From contig JAFTTS010000045.1 in the NCBI GenBank assembly GCA_017466685.1, forward strand, positions 19-64,018: a stretch of 64,000 nucleotides of DNA. The letters run 5' to 3'. The notes below the pieces were generated by a model. That model was not told where the DNA came from. It searched no databases and saw only the letters and a list, made by a program, of their open reading frames with translations. This DNA comes from Clostridia bacterium. Lineage in GTDB: Bacteria; Bacillota; Clostridia; Oscillospirales; CAG-272. The stretch's first letter is position 1; each line of letters begins with the position of its first letter. A program made the position numbers and the translations under genes. Positions 18,744 to 27,797 of the stretch are shown here, piece by piece.

Positions 18744-19403
18744 TTAATCACGGCTCTCTATTATGAGCATAACACCGTCACAAAGCGATATCTCTGCAAA
18801 ATCCGCAGTTATCTCATTGCTCACGGCATATGAATATTTTCTCGTCAAACGAACACCGTCAAGCGGATAAAACACGCCGCTCACCGAAACGCCAAGACAA
18901 GCATCCGACAGCGAAACCAGCGACAAATATTTGTATCCCCTCTTAACCGTGATCGAACGGCACTCACCGTCAGCCGAAAGCACACGAACAGTATTGCGTC
19001 CGTCCGTCATCATGCAGCAAGCACCCCGATCGACGATATATTCAAGCAGAAAGACACTCGAAAGCGTATGGTCAAGTCGTCCGCCGAGTCCGCCGATTAT
19101 ATAGATGTTCTCTGCTCCGCGCTCAAGGGCTGTGTCAACCGCAAGCTGGGTGTCTGTGTCATCCTTTATCGCGGGAACAATGATCTTTTCAAGCGTATCA
19201 AGCTCATGCGGCGAGAGTGCGGATTTGTCAAGCGAATCGAGATCACCGAGCAATATGTCGGGAATGATACCGAATCTGCGCGCCGTAAGATAACCGCTGT
19301 CTGCGGCAATTACAAGATCATTGTCCTTTGGTGTGAGAGATAAGTCCGAGAGCGAATCGGCAAACACCGAACCACCCGTGAAAATATAACAGTCCATGCT
19401 CAT
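18744..19403 (-). CDS. thiN: Thiamine diphosphokinase
   Basis: IAADSG, GDLDS, KDDTDTQLA, GGRLDH, VSNE. ATGA overlap with rsgA. Confidence 0.92.
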   Translation of the reverse strand: MSMDCYIFTGGSVFADSLSDLSLTPKDNDLVIAADSGYLTARRFGIIPDILLGDLDSLDKSALSPHELDTLEKIIVPAIKDDTDTQLAVDTALERGAENIYIIGGLGGRLDHTLSSVFLLEYIVDRGACCMMTDGRNTVRVLSADGECRSITVKRGYKYLSLVSLSDACLGVSVSGVFYPLDGVRLTRKYSYAVSNEITADFAEISLCDGVMLIIESRD

Positions 19404-20422
19404 TTTTTGTCCCATTTGTGCTTGTTTTTCAGCACTTCGTAAAATTCGAGGTAGCTCTTATGACGCTCGAGCGGTATTTCGCCTGCTTTGACCGCTTCGA
19501 TGAGTGCACAGCCATCCTCTTTTGTATGCGTGCATTTTGTGTATTTACAGCAACCGATGTACGGCTCAAACTCGCGGAACACATAAGGCAGATCGTCCTT
19601 CGTATAAAAATCGAACTGCACGAAATCAAGCATTCCGAAGCCGGGAGTATCGGCAAGATAACCTGTTGTACCTTCACCGAACTGGTGTGCCAGAGGATAA
19701 AGCTCAATGTGACGTGTTGTATGACGTCCGCACTCGGTCTTTTGGCTGATCTCACCCGTTGCAAGTCCGAGAGATGGGAAAAGTCGGTTCATGAGCGTTG
19801 ACTTTCCAACACCCGATGCACCTGCAAACGCCGAAACCTTATCCGCATTTTCACGTATAAACGCTTCAAGCTCACCGCCGTCGATTCCAAGTCCCTCTAC
19901 GAAAACGTGAAAACCGCATTTCCTGTAAATTGAAGCATAATTCTCTGCCGCCTCAGGCGCAAGGTCAGCCTTGGTGATAATTATAACGGGCTCTATATGC
20001 TTATATTCGGCAATGGTTATCAGCTTGTCAACAGTCGAGAGCGCAGGCTCGGGCTTTGCCGCGGCAACAACGGCGAAGATCATATCAAGATTCGCCATCG
20101 GAGGACGGATAAGCTCGTTTTTACGAGGAAGCGTTTCTTCGATCATAACACCGCCGCGAGCTTCGTCACGTTTTGTGCGTCCAGTTCTCGAATCGGCATC
20201 GGACGCCATGGCAAGCTCGGTGTCAACGCGTATCATAACGTCATCGCCGACGAGCAGTGTCAGCTTTTCATGACGAAAAACACCGCGTGCCTTACAAAGC
20301 AAAGTGTCCGCTTCGAGCTTCATACCAACACCGCGAAGCATATCGGCATCACTGCGGCTTATACGAATTTCATATATACCGCCGACACCCTTGATTATTT
20401 TACCTTTAAGCTTAAGCTCCAT
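19400..20422 (-). CDS. rsgA: Ribosome small subunit-dependent GTPase A
   Basis: Circularly permuted GTPase motifs TKAD, GASGVGKS, GRHTT, DTPGF, and zinc finger CKYTKCTH...C. Confidence 0.95.
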   Translation of the reverse strand: MELKLKGKIIKGVGGIYEIRISRSDADMLRGVGMKLEADTLLCKARGVFRHEKLTLLVGDDVMIRVDTELAMASDADSRTGRTKRDEARGGVMIEETLPRKNELIRPPMANLDMIFAVVAAAKPEPALSTVDKLITIAEYKHIEPVIIITKADLAPEAAENYASIYRKCGFHVFVEGLGIDGGELEAFIRENADKVSAFAGASGVGKSTLMNRLFPSLGLATGEISQKTECGRHTTRHIELYPLAHQFGEGTTGYLADTPGFGMLDFVQFDFYTKDDLPYVFREFEPYIGCCKYTKCTHTKEDGCALIEAVKAGEIPLERHKSYLEFYEVLKNKHKWDKK

Positions 20423-20428
20423 CGGATA

Positions 20429-22288
20429 TCACTCTTCTCCGGTGTCATTGACTGAACCACCTAAAATTGCGTCAAGCAGTTCTTCCATTGCTTCGTCGGA
20501 ATCGTCCGGGATATTGTCGGAACTGTCAGTGCTGTCAAGCGGAGCATCAACAGTCTCGTCATCCGCGGTTGTTTCCTCGGTTTCAACAATAAACGGTCCC
20601 TTACTCATAACAAAGTCAATCTTCGTTCCGCTGGGCACCTGCTGCTCCTGAGAAACAGTCTGACTGATAACTCTGCCTGCTTCAACGCTTTCGTTATATT
20701 CCTCGGAAACATAACCGAGCTGCAGTCCGCGTTCGGCAAGCAGCGCCATAACTTCACTTTCTGTGCAATTGGTGAAATACGGAACCACTGTGTATTCAAT
20801 ATCCTGACCGCTGCTGACATAAATCGTGACGTGACTGCCGCCTTCAAGTATTGTACCGGGCTCGGGATCGGTGCGGATAACATAGCCGGGGCTTATAATA
20901 TCATGCGGCTCTTTTACAATGATCGGAATAAGCCCGAGATTCTTGACCGCAATTTCCGCCGTACGTGAATCATCATACTGATAATCGGGAAGCTCACAGG
21001 TCGTTGCACCCTTGCTTACTTTAAGCGTAAGCTCACATTTCTGATTTTTAGCAGGATCGATCTTTCGCTTTTCATCGGGGAGCGGATCCTGTCCGATAAT
21101 TTGATTCTGCGGATATTTGGCATCGTATATATACTCAACCTCGACATTGTAATTACCCTTTTCAAGCTCTGCTTCAAAGTCTTCACTGTAAAAGCTGTCG
21201 ATAAACTTGGGAATGACGATCTGCTCTGAGGTATCGTTTGCCAAGCTGTCTCCAAGCTTCGTAAAAACAACAACGGCACTGATTATGAAAACGATCAGGA
21301 ACGAGCTCGCAACACCTGCAACGACCGGGAACATCGAACGGCTTGCACGCGTCGGTCTCGTAAGCTTCTTAACATTATCGGGCATAGCCTGTCCACCCTC
21401 TGAAGACATATCGGAGGTGGTTTCGGTCTTGGGCATCTTGAAAACAGTTCTCGGATTATTCTTAACCTGAGCTAAGTGACGAAGCATCTGTGCCGCACTC
21501 TGGAAACGGTTATCGGGATTTTTCTCCATCGCGCCCATTATGATCTGTTCAAGTCCGAGAGGCAGTGAATCATTAAGCTCACGAGGCGGACGCGGACGGT
21601 TTTTAACCTGCATTATCGCAACGGTTACAGGGCTGTCCGCAACAAACGGAAGCTTACCGGTCGCCATTTCGTACATGGTTACGCCGAGCGAATAAATGTC
21701 ACTTCTGCGGTCGATCTTCTTGCCGCTTGCCTGCTCGGGACTAATATAGAATACCGTACCGATAGCCTTGTCCGTCATGGTTACGGTTTCCGCATTTGGC
21801 AGCTTTGCGATACCGAAGTCCGCAACCTTTATCGAGCCGTTTTTGAGCATCATGATATTCTGCGGCTTGATGTCACGGTGGACAACGCCTTTCTGATGTG
21901 CATGATCGAGAGCTAAAAGTATCTGCTCTGTGATGCTCATTATTTCATTAAAGCTGAGAGTTCCTTTCTTTAAAATGTAATTTTTCAGAGTGATACCCTC
22001 AACAAGCTCCATTACGATATATTTGAGCGAATCCTTAACGGAAACATCGTAAATATTAACGATATTCGGATGAGAAAGCATCGCAACCGCTTTACTTTCG
22101 TTAATGAAACGCTTAACCGACTGAACGTCATTGTTGATCTCATCCTTGAGCATTTTAACGGCAACATTACGGCGCATGAGAAGATCGGTCGCCTCGAAAA
22201 CGACGGCCATACCGCCGATGCCGATAACTTTAATGATTCTGTAACGTTTGTCGAAAACCTGTCCGACATATCTTTCAAACTGATCCAT
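20429..22288 (-). CDS. pknB: PASTA-domain Ser/Thr protein kinase (PknB/PrkC/Stk1)
   Basis: GIGGMAVV, HRDIKPQN, DFGIAK, a TM helix and three PASTA repeats. Confidence 0.95.
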   Translation of the reverse strand: MDQFERYVGQVFDKRYRIIKVIGIGGMAVVFEATDLLMRRNVAVKMLKDEINNDVQSVKRFINESKAVAMLSHPNIVNIYDVSVKDSLKYIVMELVEGITLKNYILKKGTLSFNEIMSITEQILLALDHAHQKGVVHRDIKPQNIMMLKNGSIKVADFGIAKLPNAETVTMTDKAIGTVFYISPEQASGKKIDRRSDIYSLGVTMYEMATGKLPFVADSPVTVAIMQVKNRPRPPRELNDSLPLGLEQIIMGAMEKNPDNRFQSAAQMLRHLAQVKNNPRTVFKMPKTETTSDMSSEGGQAMPDNVKKLTRPTRASRSMFPVVAGVASSFLIVFIISAVVVFTKLGDSLANDTSEQIVIPKFIDSFYSEDFEAELEKGNYNVEVEYIYDAKYPQNQIIGQDPLPDEKRKIDPAKNQKCELTLKVSKGATTCELPDYQYDDSRTAEIAVKNLGLIPIIVKEPHDIISPGYVIRTDPEPGTILEGGSHVTIYVSSGQDIEYTVVPYFTNCTESEVMALLAERGLQLGYVSEEYNESVEAGRVISQTVSQEQQVPSGTKIDFVMSKGPFIVETEETTADDETVDAPLDSTDSSDNIPDDSDEAMEELLDAILGGSVNDTGEE

Positions 22289-22290
22289 AA

Positions 22291-23094
22291 TTACCGCTCC
22301 TTTATATATTTTACAAGTACCGCGGTTATATTGTCTGTTCCGCCGGCGTCGTTGGCAGCTTTTATGAGGCGATCTGTTTTATCGCAAAGCTCCGATTCAA
22401 TATCTGTAACGAGTTCAATATCAAGATCTGAGGAGATCATAGCGTATATGTCCTCGGGCATAAGCAGACCGGAAAGTCCGTCCGAGCAAAGAAGTAAGTA
22501 AGCGACGTCAAGCTCCGAAAGATCGACGGAGAAAATGTCCGATTCAATTTCGGATGCAATTCCGACAGCGCGTGTGATACGGTTGCGGAAAGGATGGTTT
22601 CTCGCTTCCTCGACGCTGACTGTGCCGCTGTCAATAAGATGCTGAACATAAGAATGGTCGTGAGTAATCTGAGTGATCGTATTATTCGAAATTAAATAGA
22701 GACGGCTGTCTCCGATATTGATAACGTAAACCATATTGTCGCAGAAAAGCGCGCCGACAAGCGTAGTACCCATACCCTGATACTCGGGCGAGGTCTGCGC
22801 AAGGTCATATACTGCTTTGTTAGCGTCACGTGCGGCATCATCGAGAATAACACAAGCATCGTCACTTGTAAGCGAGATTTTGCCGCCGCGGCCCGTTTTT
22901 GCCTTTGCATACTTGACAACATTCTCAACAAATGCATCAATCGCCTGTTTGCTTGCGACGTTACCGCTTTTAGCACCGCCCATACCGTCACAAACGACAC
23001 AGAGCGTTGCATTTTTGCATACGGGACGGATAATGTAACTATCCTGATTTTCCGTACGCATCATACCGACATCACTTTTACCGAAAAAATTCAT
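22291..23094 (-). CDS. stp: PP2C-type Ser/Thr phosphatase (Stp1/PrpC)
   Basis: RTENQD, VCDGMGG, GMGTT, IGDSR, LCSDGL, DNIT. Confidence 0.95.
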   Translation of the reverse strand: MNFFGKSDVGMMRTENQDSYIIRPVCKNATLCVVCDGMGGAKSGNVASKQAIDAFVENVVKYAKAKTGRGGKISLTSDDACVILDDAARDANKAVYDLAQTSPEYQGMGTTLVGALFCDNMVYVINIGDSRLYLISNNTITQITHDHSYVQHLIDSGTVSVEEARNHPFRNRITRAVGIASEIESDIFSVDLSELDVAYLLLCSDGLSGLLMPEDIYAMISSDLDIELVTDIESELCDKTDRLIKAANDAGGTDNITAVLVKYIKER

Positions 23095-23216
23095 TTATAC
23101 GATCATTCCTCTCCTTGGGGCAGTTCCCCAAACGGTTAATACGAGCATCTTACATTTATATTAATATAACGATACAGTACAAAAAAGAATAAAATTTCAA
23201 AAAGCCGCGAACAGTT

Positions 23217-24299
23217 TTATTCGTCTGCCTCACTGTCCGCTTTCAATTTAGCGCGTCGAAGCTGACCGCAGGAAGCGTTGATATCTCCTCCAAGCTTACG
23301 TCTGACGGTTGCATTGACGCCGAGCGAATTAAGTATTTCACAGAATTTCTTGACCGCGTCACCGCTTGAACGCGAAAATCCGCTCTCCTCAACCTCATTT
23401 ACAGGGATGAGATTAACGTGTATCGGAAACGGCTTTGATGAGCGGTAAAGTCCGTGCTTCAAGGTGTGTGCGAGACGCTTGGCATATTCGGGCGAATCGT
23501 TCTTTCCCGCAATAAGCGTATACTCAAACGAAATACGCCGTCCCGTTGCCGCGAAGTAACGACGGCAGGCATCAAGCAACGATTCTATGTTCCATTTATT
23601 ATTAACCGGCATTATTGATGAACGGGTTTCGTCATCCGCCGCGTGAAGTGAGATCGAAAGGGTTATCTGAAGATCATGCCGTGCAAGCTCGTCAATCTTA
23701 TCAACAAGTCCGCAGGTTGAAAGCGAAATGTGTCTTGAGCCGATATTAAGTCCCGAAGGATCACCGACAAGGCTCAAAAATTTGAGTGTATTATCAAAAT
23801 TATCAAGCGGCTCACCGATACCCATCATAACTATATTCGAAATACGCTCACCCATATCACGCTGGGCGGCAATAACCTGACCGAGCAGTTCAGCGGGAGA
23901 GAGTCGTCTTACAAGTCCACCGATGGTCGAAGCGCAGAATTTGCACCCCATCGGACAGCCGACCTCGCTTGATATACAGATGGTGTTTCCGTGCTTATAA
24001 CGCATGAAAACGCTCTCAATAACATTTCCGTCGTGAAGTCCGAAAAGATACTTCACCGTTCCGTCGAGCTTTGAAACCAATTTTTGTTCAACACTCGGGA
24101 AATCGACAAGTGCAGTCTCTGAAAGTTTTTCACGGAGTTTTTTTGAAATATCGGTCATGCCGTCTATTGAAACGCCGCGGTGCATCCAGGAAAAAACCTG
24201 CTTTGCGCGGTATTTCGGCTCACCGAGCAAGCATAAAAATTCTTCAAGCTCGGGAATATTCATCGAAAGAAGATCGGCTTTGCCGTTTACAGTCAACAT
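23217..24299 (-). CDS. rlmN: 23S rRNA m2A2503 / tRNA methyltransferase (radical SAM)
   Basis: GCPMGCKFCAS, MGIGEP, SLHA, NLIPVN, ASCGQL. Confidence 0.95.
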   Translation of the reverse strand: MLTVNGKADLLSMNIPELEEFLCLLGEPKYRAKQVFSWMHRGVSIDGMTDISKKLREKLSETALVDFPSVEQKLVSKLDGTVKYLFGLHDGNVIESVFMRYKHGNTICISSEVGCPMGCKFCASTIGGLVRRLSPAELLGQVIAAQRDMGERISNIVMMGIGEPLDNFDNTLKFLSLVGDPSGLNIGSRHISLSTCGLVDKIDELARHDLQITLSISLHAADDETRSSIMPVNNKWNIESLLDACRRYFAATGRRISFEYTLIAGKNDSPEYAKRLAHTLKHGLYRSSKPFPIHVNLIPVNEVEESGFSRSSGDAVKKFCEILNSLGVNATVRRKLGGDINASCGQLRRAKLKADSEADE

Positions 24300-24308
24300 A
24301 ATCTATCC

Positions 24309-25637
24309 TTATTTTTTACGAAGTTTGGCAACAAAGAAACCGTCCGTACCGTGTAGATTCGGAAGCAGAGTCAGCATACCGTCCGCACTTTCAAGCGTAC
24401 CAATACTGAAATCCTCCGGGGAAAATTCGCTGTTTCCTTCAAGAAATCGCTTAACGACCGCTTCATTTTCCGCTTTGTTGAGCGTGCACGTTGAATAACA
24501 CAGCACTCCGCCACTCTTAACATATGCCGCCGAGTTTGAGAGTATCGCATACTGAATCTCGGGAAGTCTGTTTATTTCCTCGTCGGATTTATAACGTATC
24601 TCGGGCTTCTTCGCGATAACACCGAGTCCCGAGCAAGGCACGTCACAAATAACGGTATCTGCCGATGAAACAAGAGCCTCATCACGCTTCGAACCATTCT
24701 TTTCTGCGGTTCCTATTATATTTATACCAAGCCGCTTTGCGCCCGAGTCAACAAGGGAAAGCTTGTTTTTATGAAGATCGAAGCTCATAACACGGCCACG
24801 GTTTTCCATAAGTATCGCCGCCGAGAAGCTTTTTCCTCCCGGGCAGGCACAGGTGTCTATAAGAACTGTATCGGGTTTCGGGGATGCTGCAAGCACGGCT
24901 ATTTGTGACGCTTCGTCCTGAATATAGACGTGCCCGTCGGAAATAAGTTCCGAAACCTCCTTTGGCAGTGTCTTTTTGGTAAGACGTACACCAAACGGCG
25001 AATAGCTCGTCGGTACTGCATCAATACCCTTTTCGGTAAGCCTTGCGAGAAGCTCGTCACGTGATATTTTCAGCGTATTCACCCGAAGCGTTACATCGGG
25101 ATGCACCTCAAACGCCGAAAGTACAGCTTCAACATCGGAAACCGACTCTGCAAGCACCGAGAGCACATCCTCACCGCAGGAATATCGCACAGAAAGATAA
25201 TCAGGCGAACCCTCGCTCGGATACGGTAAATTATTCTTACCCATAGTACGCAGAAAACCGCGCAGAAGTGCATTTATAAACGATGCGGCACGAGGTGCAT
25301 TTCTTTTTGCAAGATTTACGGTTTCGTTAACTGCCGCGCTGTCGGGTATACGGTCAAGCCATATAAGCTGATAGAGTCCCATCCGAAGAAGAGTTATAAC
25401 CTCTGGATCGAGCTTGTCTATCGGCTTTGATGAAAGCTTTCCGATTATATGGTCAAGCGTGATTTTCCGCTCGATAACGCCGTAAACAAGAGTTGTATAA
25501 AGTCCCCTGTCTGCTCCCTCAAGCGAGAAACGCTTTATTGACGAATCAATTTCGAGGCTCGAATATTTTTTATCGCGTTCGCAGAGTATAAGCGAACGGT
25601 AAGCCGCTTCACGGGCAGTGTGTTTTTTCTTTTCCAT
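24309..25637 (-). CDS. rsmB: 16S rRNA m5C967 methyltransferase
   Basis: NusB-like N-terminus, QDEASQ, CACPGGKS, DVPCSGLG, YSTCT, DGFF. Confidence 0.95.
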   Translation of the reverse strand: MEKKKHTAREAAYRSLILCERDKKYSSLEIDSSIKRFSLEGADRGLYTTLVYGVIERKITLDHIIGKLSSKPIDKLDPEVITLLRMGLYQLIWLDRIPDSAAVNETVNLAKRNAPRAASFINALLRGFLRTMGKNNLPYPSEGSPDYLSVRYSCGEDVLSVLAESVSDVEAVLSAFEVHPDVTLRVNTLKISRDELLARLTEKGIDAVPTSYSPFGVRLTKKTLPKEVSELISDGHVYIQDEASQIAVLAASPKPDTVLIDTCACPGGKSFSAAILMENRGRVMSFDLHKNKLSLVDSGAKRLGINIIGTAEKNGSKRDEALVSSADTVICDVPCSGLGVIAKKPEIRYKSDEEINRLPEIQYAILSNSAAYVKSGGVLCYSTCTLNKAENEAVVKRFLEGNSEFSPEDFSIGTLESADGMLTLLPNLHGTDGFFVAKLRKK

Positions 25638-26333
25638 TTATCTTCGTCTGTCCGAGCGTTTTGCAAGAAGGAACAATCTTATAAGGTTAGCAAGCGAAAC
25701 AGCGAGTGCCGCAACATATGTCAGTGCCGCAGCCGTTAAGACCTTGCGTGCGCTTTTAAGCTCGTCCTTATCAAGCTGTCCCGATGAGGTTAAAGCCGTC
25801 ATTGCACGTGAGCTTGCGTTAAATTCAACGGGAAGCGTTACAAGCTGAAACACCGTCGATAAACCAAACGCAATAACACCGACATACGCAAGCGTCGGAT
25901 ATGATAAGAGTATACCGAGAAGCACAAGCGGCACAGCAAGGTTTGAACCGATATTCGTGATCGGTATTATCGCCGAACGAAGCTTCATCGGAGAATATCC
26001 GACTGCATACTGAACCGCATGACCTGCCTCATGTGCGGCAACACCTATCGCGGCGGCGTTTCTCTGTGAATGCACCGTATCGGAAAGATAAACGGTGTTA
26101 TCCTTGGGATTGAAGTGGTCTGTGAGATCACCCTTAACCTGTGCGATACGAACATGGTGAAGTCCGTTTGCATCAAGTATCTGTCTTGCCGCGTCAAAAC
26201 CGCTCATACCGCGCTTTGAAGCAACCTTTGCGTATTTTTTAAATGTTCCCTGAACGTTCATCTGCGCCCAAAACGCAAATATAACCGCAGGAAGAACGAG
26301 TACAAGATATGTTACATCTATACCGTAAAACAT
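25638..26333 (-). CDS. Membrane zinc metallopeptidase (YugP, Zn_peptidase_2)
   Basis: LTDHFNP, VAAHEAGHAVQ, TLPVEFNASSRA, LTAAALTYVAA. Confidence 0.9.
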   Translation of the reverse strand: MFYGIDVTYLVLVLPAVIFAFWAQMNVQGTFKKYAKVASKRGMSGFDAARQILDANGLHHVRIAQVKGDLTDHFNPKDNTVYLSDTVHSQRNAAAIGVAAHEAGHAVQYAVGYSPMKLRSAIIPITNIGSNLAVPLVLLGILLSYPTLAYVGVIAFGLSTVFQLVTLPVEFNASSRAMTALTSSGQLDKDELKSARKVLTAAALTYVAALAVSLANLIRLFLLAKRSDRRR

Positions 26334-26344
26334 TATAATTCCTC

Positions 26345-27301
26345 TTACTTTGAATATTTTGCGAGCACGTCACCGACGGCTATCTTTCTTCCGTTAATAT
26401 AATCGGCGGCACTCATGCGGCTCTTTCCCTCGGGAAGAAGGTTAGTCACGGCAATCGAACCGAGCGCACAGGCAACCTCAATGCGATTCTTCGCCGCGTC
26501 ACAGGAGAGAACCTCACCGGGATTATCATGTGATTTTTTATCGTCAACAAGCTCTGCACGAATTATCTTGAGTGCTTTACCATTATGGGATGCAACCGAA
26601 AGCGGAAACGGTGAAAGTCCGCGGATACGGTTGAATACCTCTGTCGCATTGCAGGAAAAATCGAGTATACAGTCTGCATTTTCGATCTTAGCGGCATATG
26701 TGGACTTGTCATCATCCTGCTTTTCACGGGATGCACTGCCGTTTTCAAGTGCTGTAACCGTTTCAAGAAGAAGCTTCGCACCTGCCTCGGCAAGCTTATC
26801 GTGCATGGTTTCAAAATTGTCGTCAGCCTCAATCGGAACGCTCACCTTTGAGAGCATATCGCCCGTGTCGAGTCCGACATCCATATACATTATTGTGATG
26901 CCCGTTTCAGCTTCACCGTCGATAATGGCACGCTGTATCGGAGCCGCACCGCGATATTTAGGAAGAAGTGAGCCGTGTACGTTAATGCAGCCGAGGCGCG
27001 GATAATTAATAACATTTTCGGGCAGTATCTTACCGTAAGCGGCTACGATTATAAGCTCGGGCGCAAGGGAATCGAGAAGTGCGGCAAATTCATCACCGCG
27101 CAGTGTCGTCGGCTGATATACAGTGATACCATGCTCCTCGGCACACACCTTAACGGGCGGTGGAGTCAGTATCATTTTGCGTCCCTTGGGCTTATCGGGC
27201 TGGGTTACAACGCCGATCACGTTTGCACCTGCGTCGATCAAAGCTTCAAGCTGTATCTTCGCAAAATCGGGCGTACCCATGAATAATATCTTTGATTTCA
27301 T
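26345..27301 (-). CDS. fmt: Methionyl-tRNA formyltransferase
   Basis: FMGTPDFA, VTQPDKP, NVHGSLLPKYRGAAPIQ, LDTGD. True start is MKSKILF at 27301. Confidence 0.96.
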   Translation of the reverse strand: MKSKILFMGTPDFAKIQLEALIDAGANVIGVVTQPDKPKGRKMILTPPPVKVCAEEHGITVYQPTTLRGDEFAALLDSLAPELIIVAAYGKILPENVINYPRLGCINVHGSLLPKYRGAAPIQRAIIDGEAETGITIMYMDVGLDTGDMLSKVSVPIEADDNFETMHDKLAEAGAKLLLETVTALENGSASREKQDDDKSTYAAKIENADCILDFSCNATEVFNRIRGLSPFPLSVASHNGKALKIIRAELVDDKKSHDNPGEVLSCDAAKNRIEVACALGSIAVTNLLPEGKSRMSAADYINGRKIAVGDVLAKYSK

Positions 27302-27302
27302 A

Positions 27303-27773
27303 TTACGCTTCAACCTCGTCAGGATCGAGCATACGGATAGCATGGTCTGTGAAAAGTATGCCCTCAAGGTGGTCAAGCTCATGACAGAATGCACGCGCCG
27401 CAAGCTCGGAGCCTGATACGGTGTGCTCTTTGCCGTCAAGTCCCGTATAGCGAACGGTAACCTTCATCGGGCGGTCGGTTATACCCCACTGATTCGGAAC
27501 GGAGAGGCATCCCTCAACATCCTGCTGATTACCTTCACGCTTGATGATTTCCGGATTTATCATGATATATGGCTTGTTTTCCTCAACCTCGACCACGACC
27601 ATCCGACGCAGCTTACCAACCTACACCGCCGCAAGACCGCATCCGTTAGCAGCACGCATTGTTTCAACCATATCGGCGGCAAGAGTCTTTATCCGCTCGT
27701 CGATAACCTCAACGGGACGGCTCTTTTTGCGGAGAATCGGATCTCCATCCTTTACTATGTTCAGTTTAGCCAT
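27303..27773 (-). pseudogene. def: Peptide deformylase interrupted by an in-frame TAG at codon 51
   Basis: ATG 27773 with GAGGA RBS reads [18 protein letters not shown]...GCGLAAV*VGKLRRMVVV...EGCLS...HELDHLEG. The stop (27623-27621) is in frame and sits at the Gln of motif GxGLAAxQ. Confidence 0.88.
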
Positions 27774-27797
27774 AAATAATTCCTCTCTATCGTCAGA

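Noticed and set aside
27302-27439. 46-aa N-terminal extension of fmt in the ORF track
   Set aside because: It overlaps the def 3' half in another frame. Fmt homology begins at ATG 27301.
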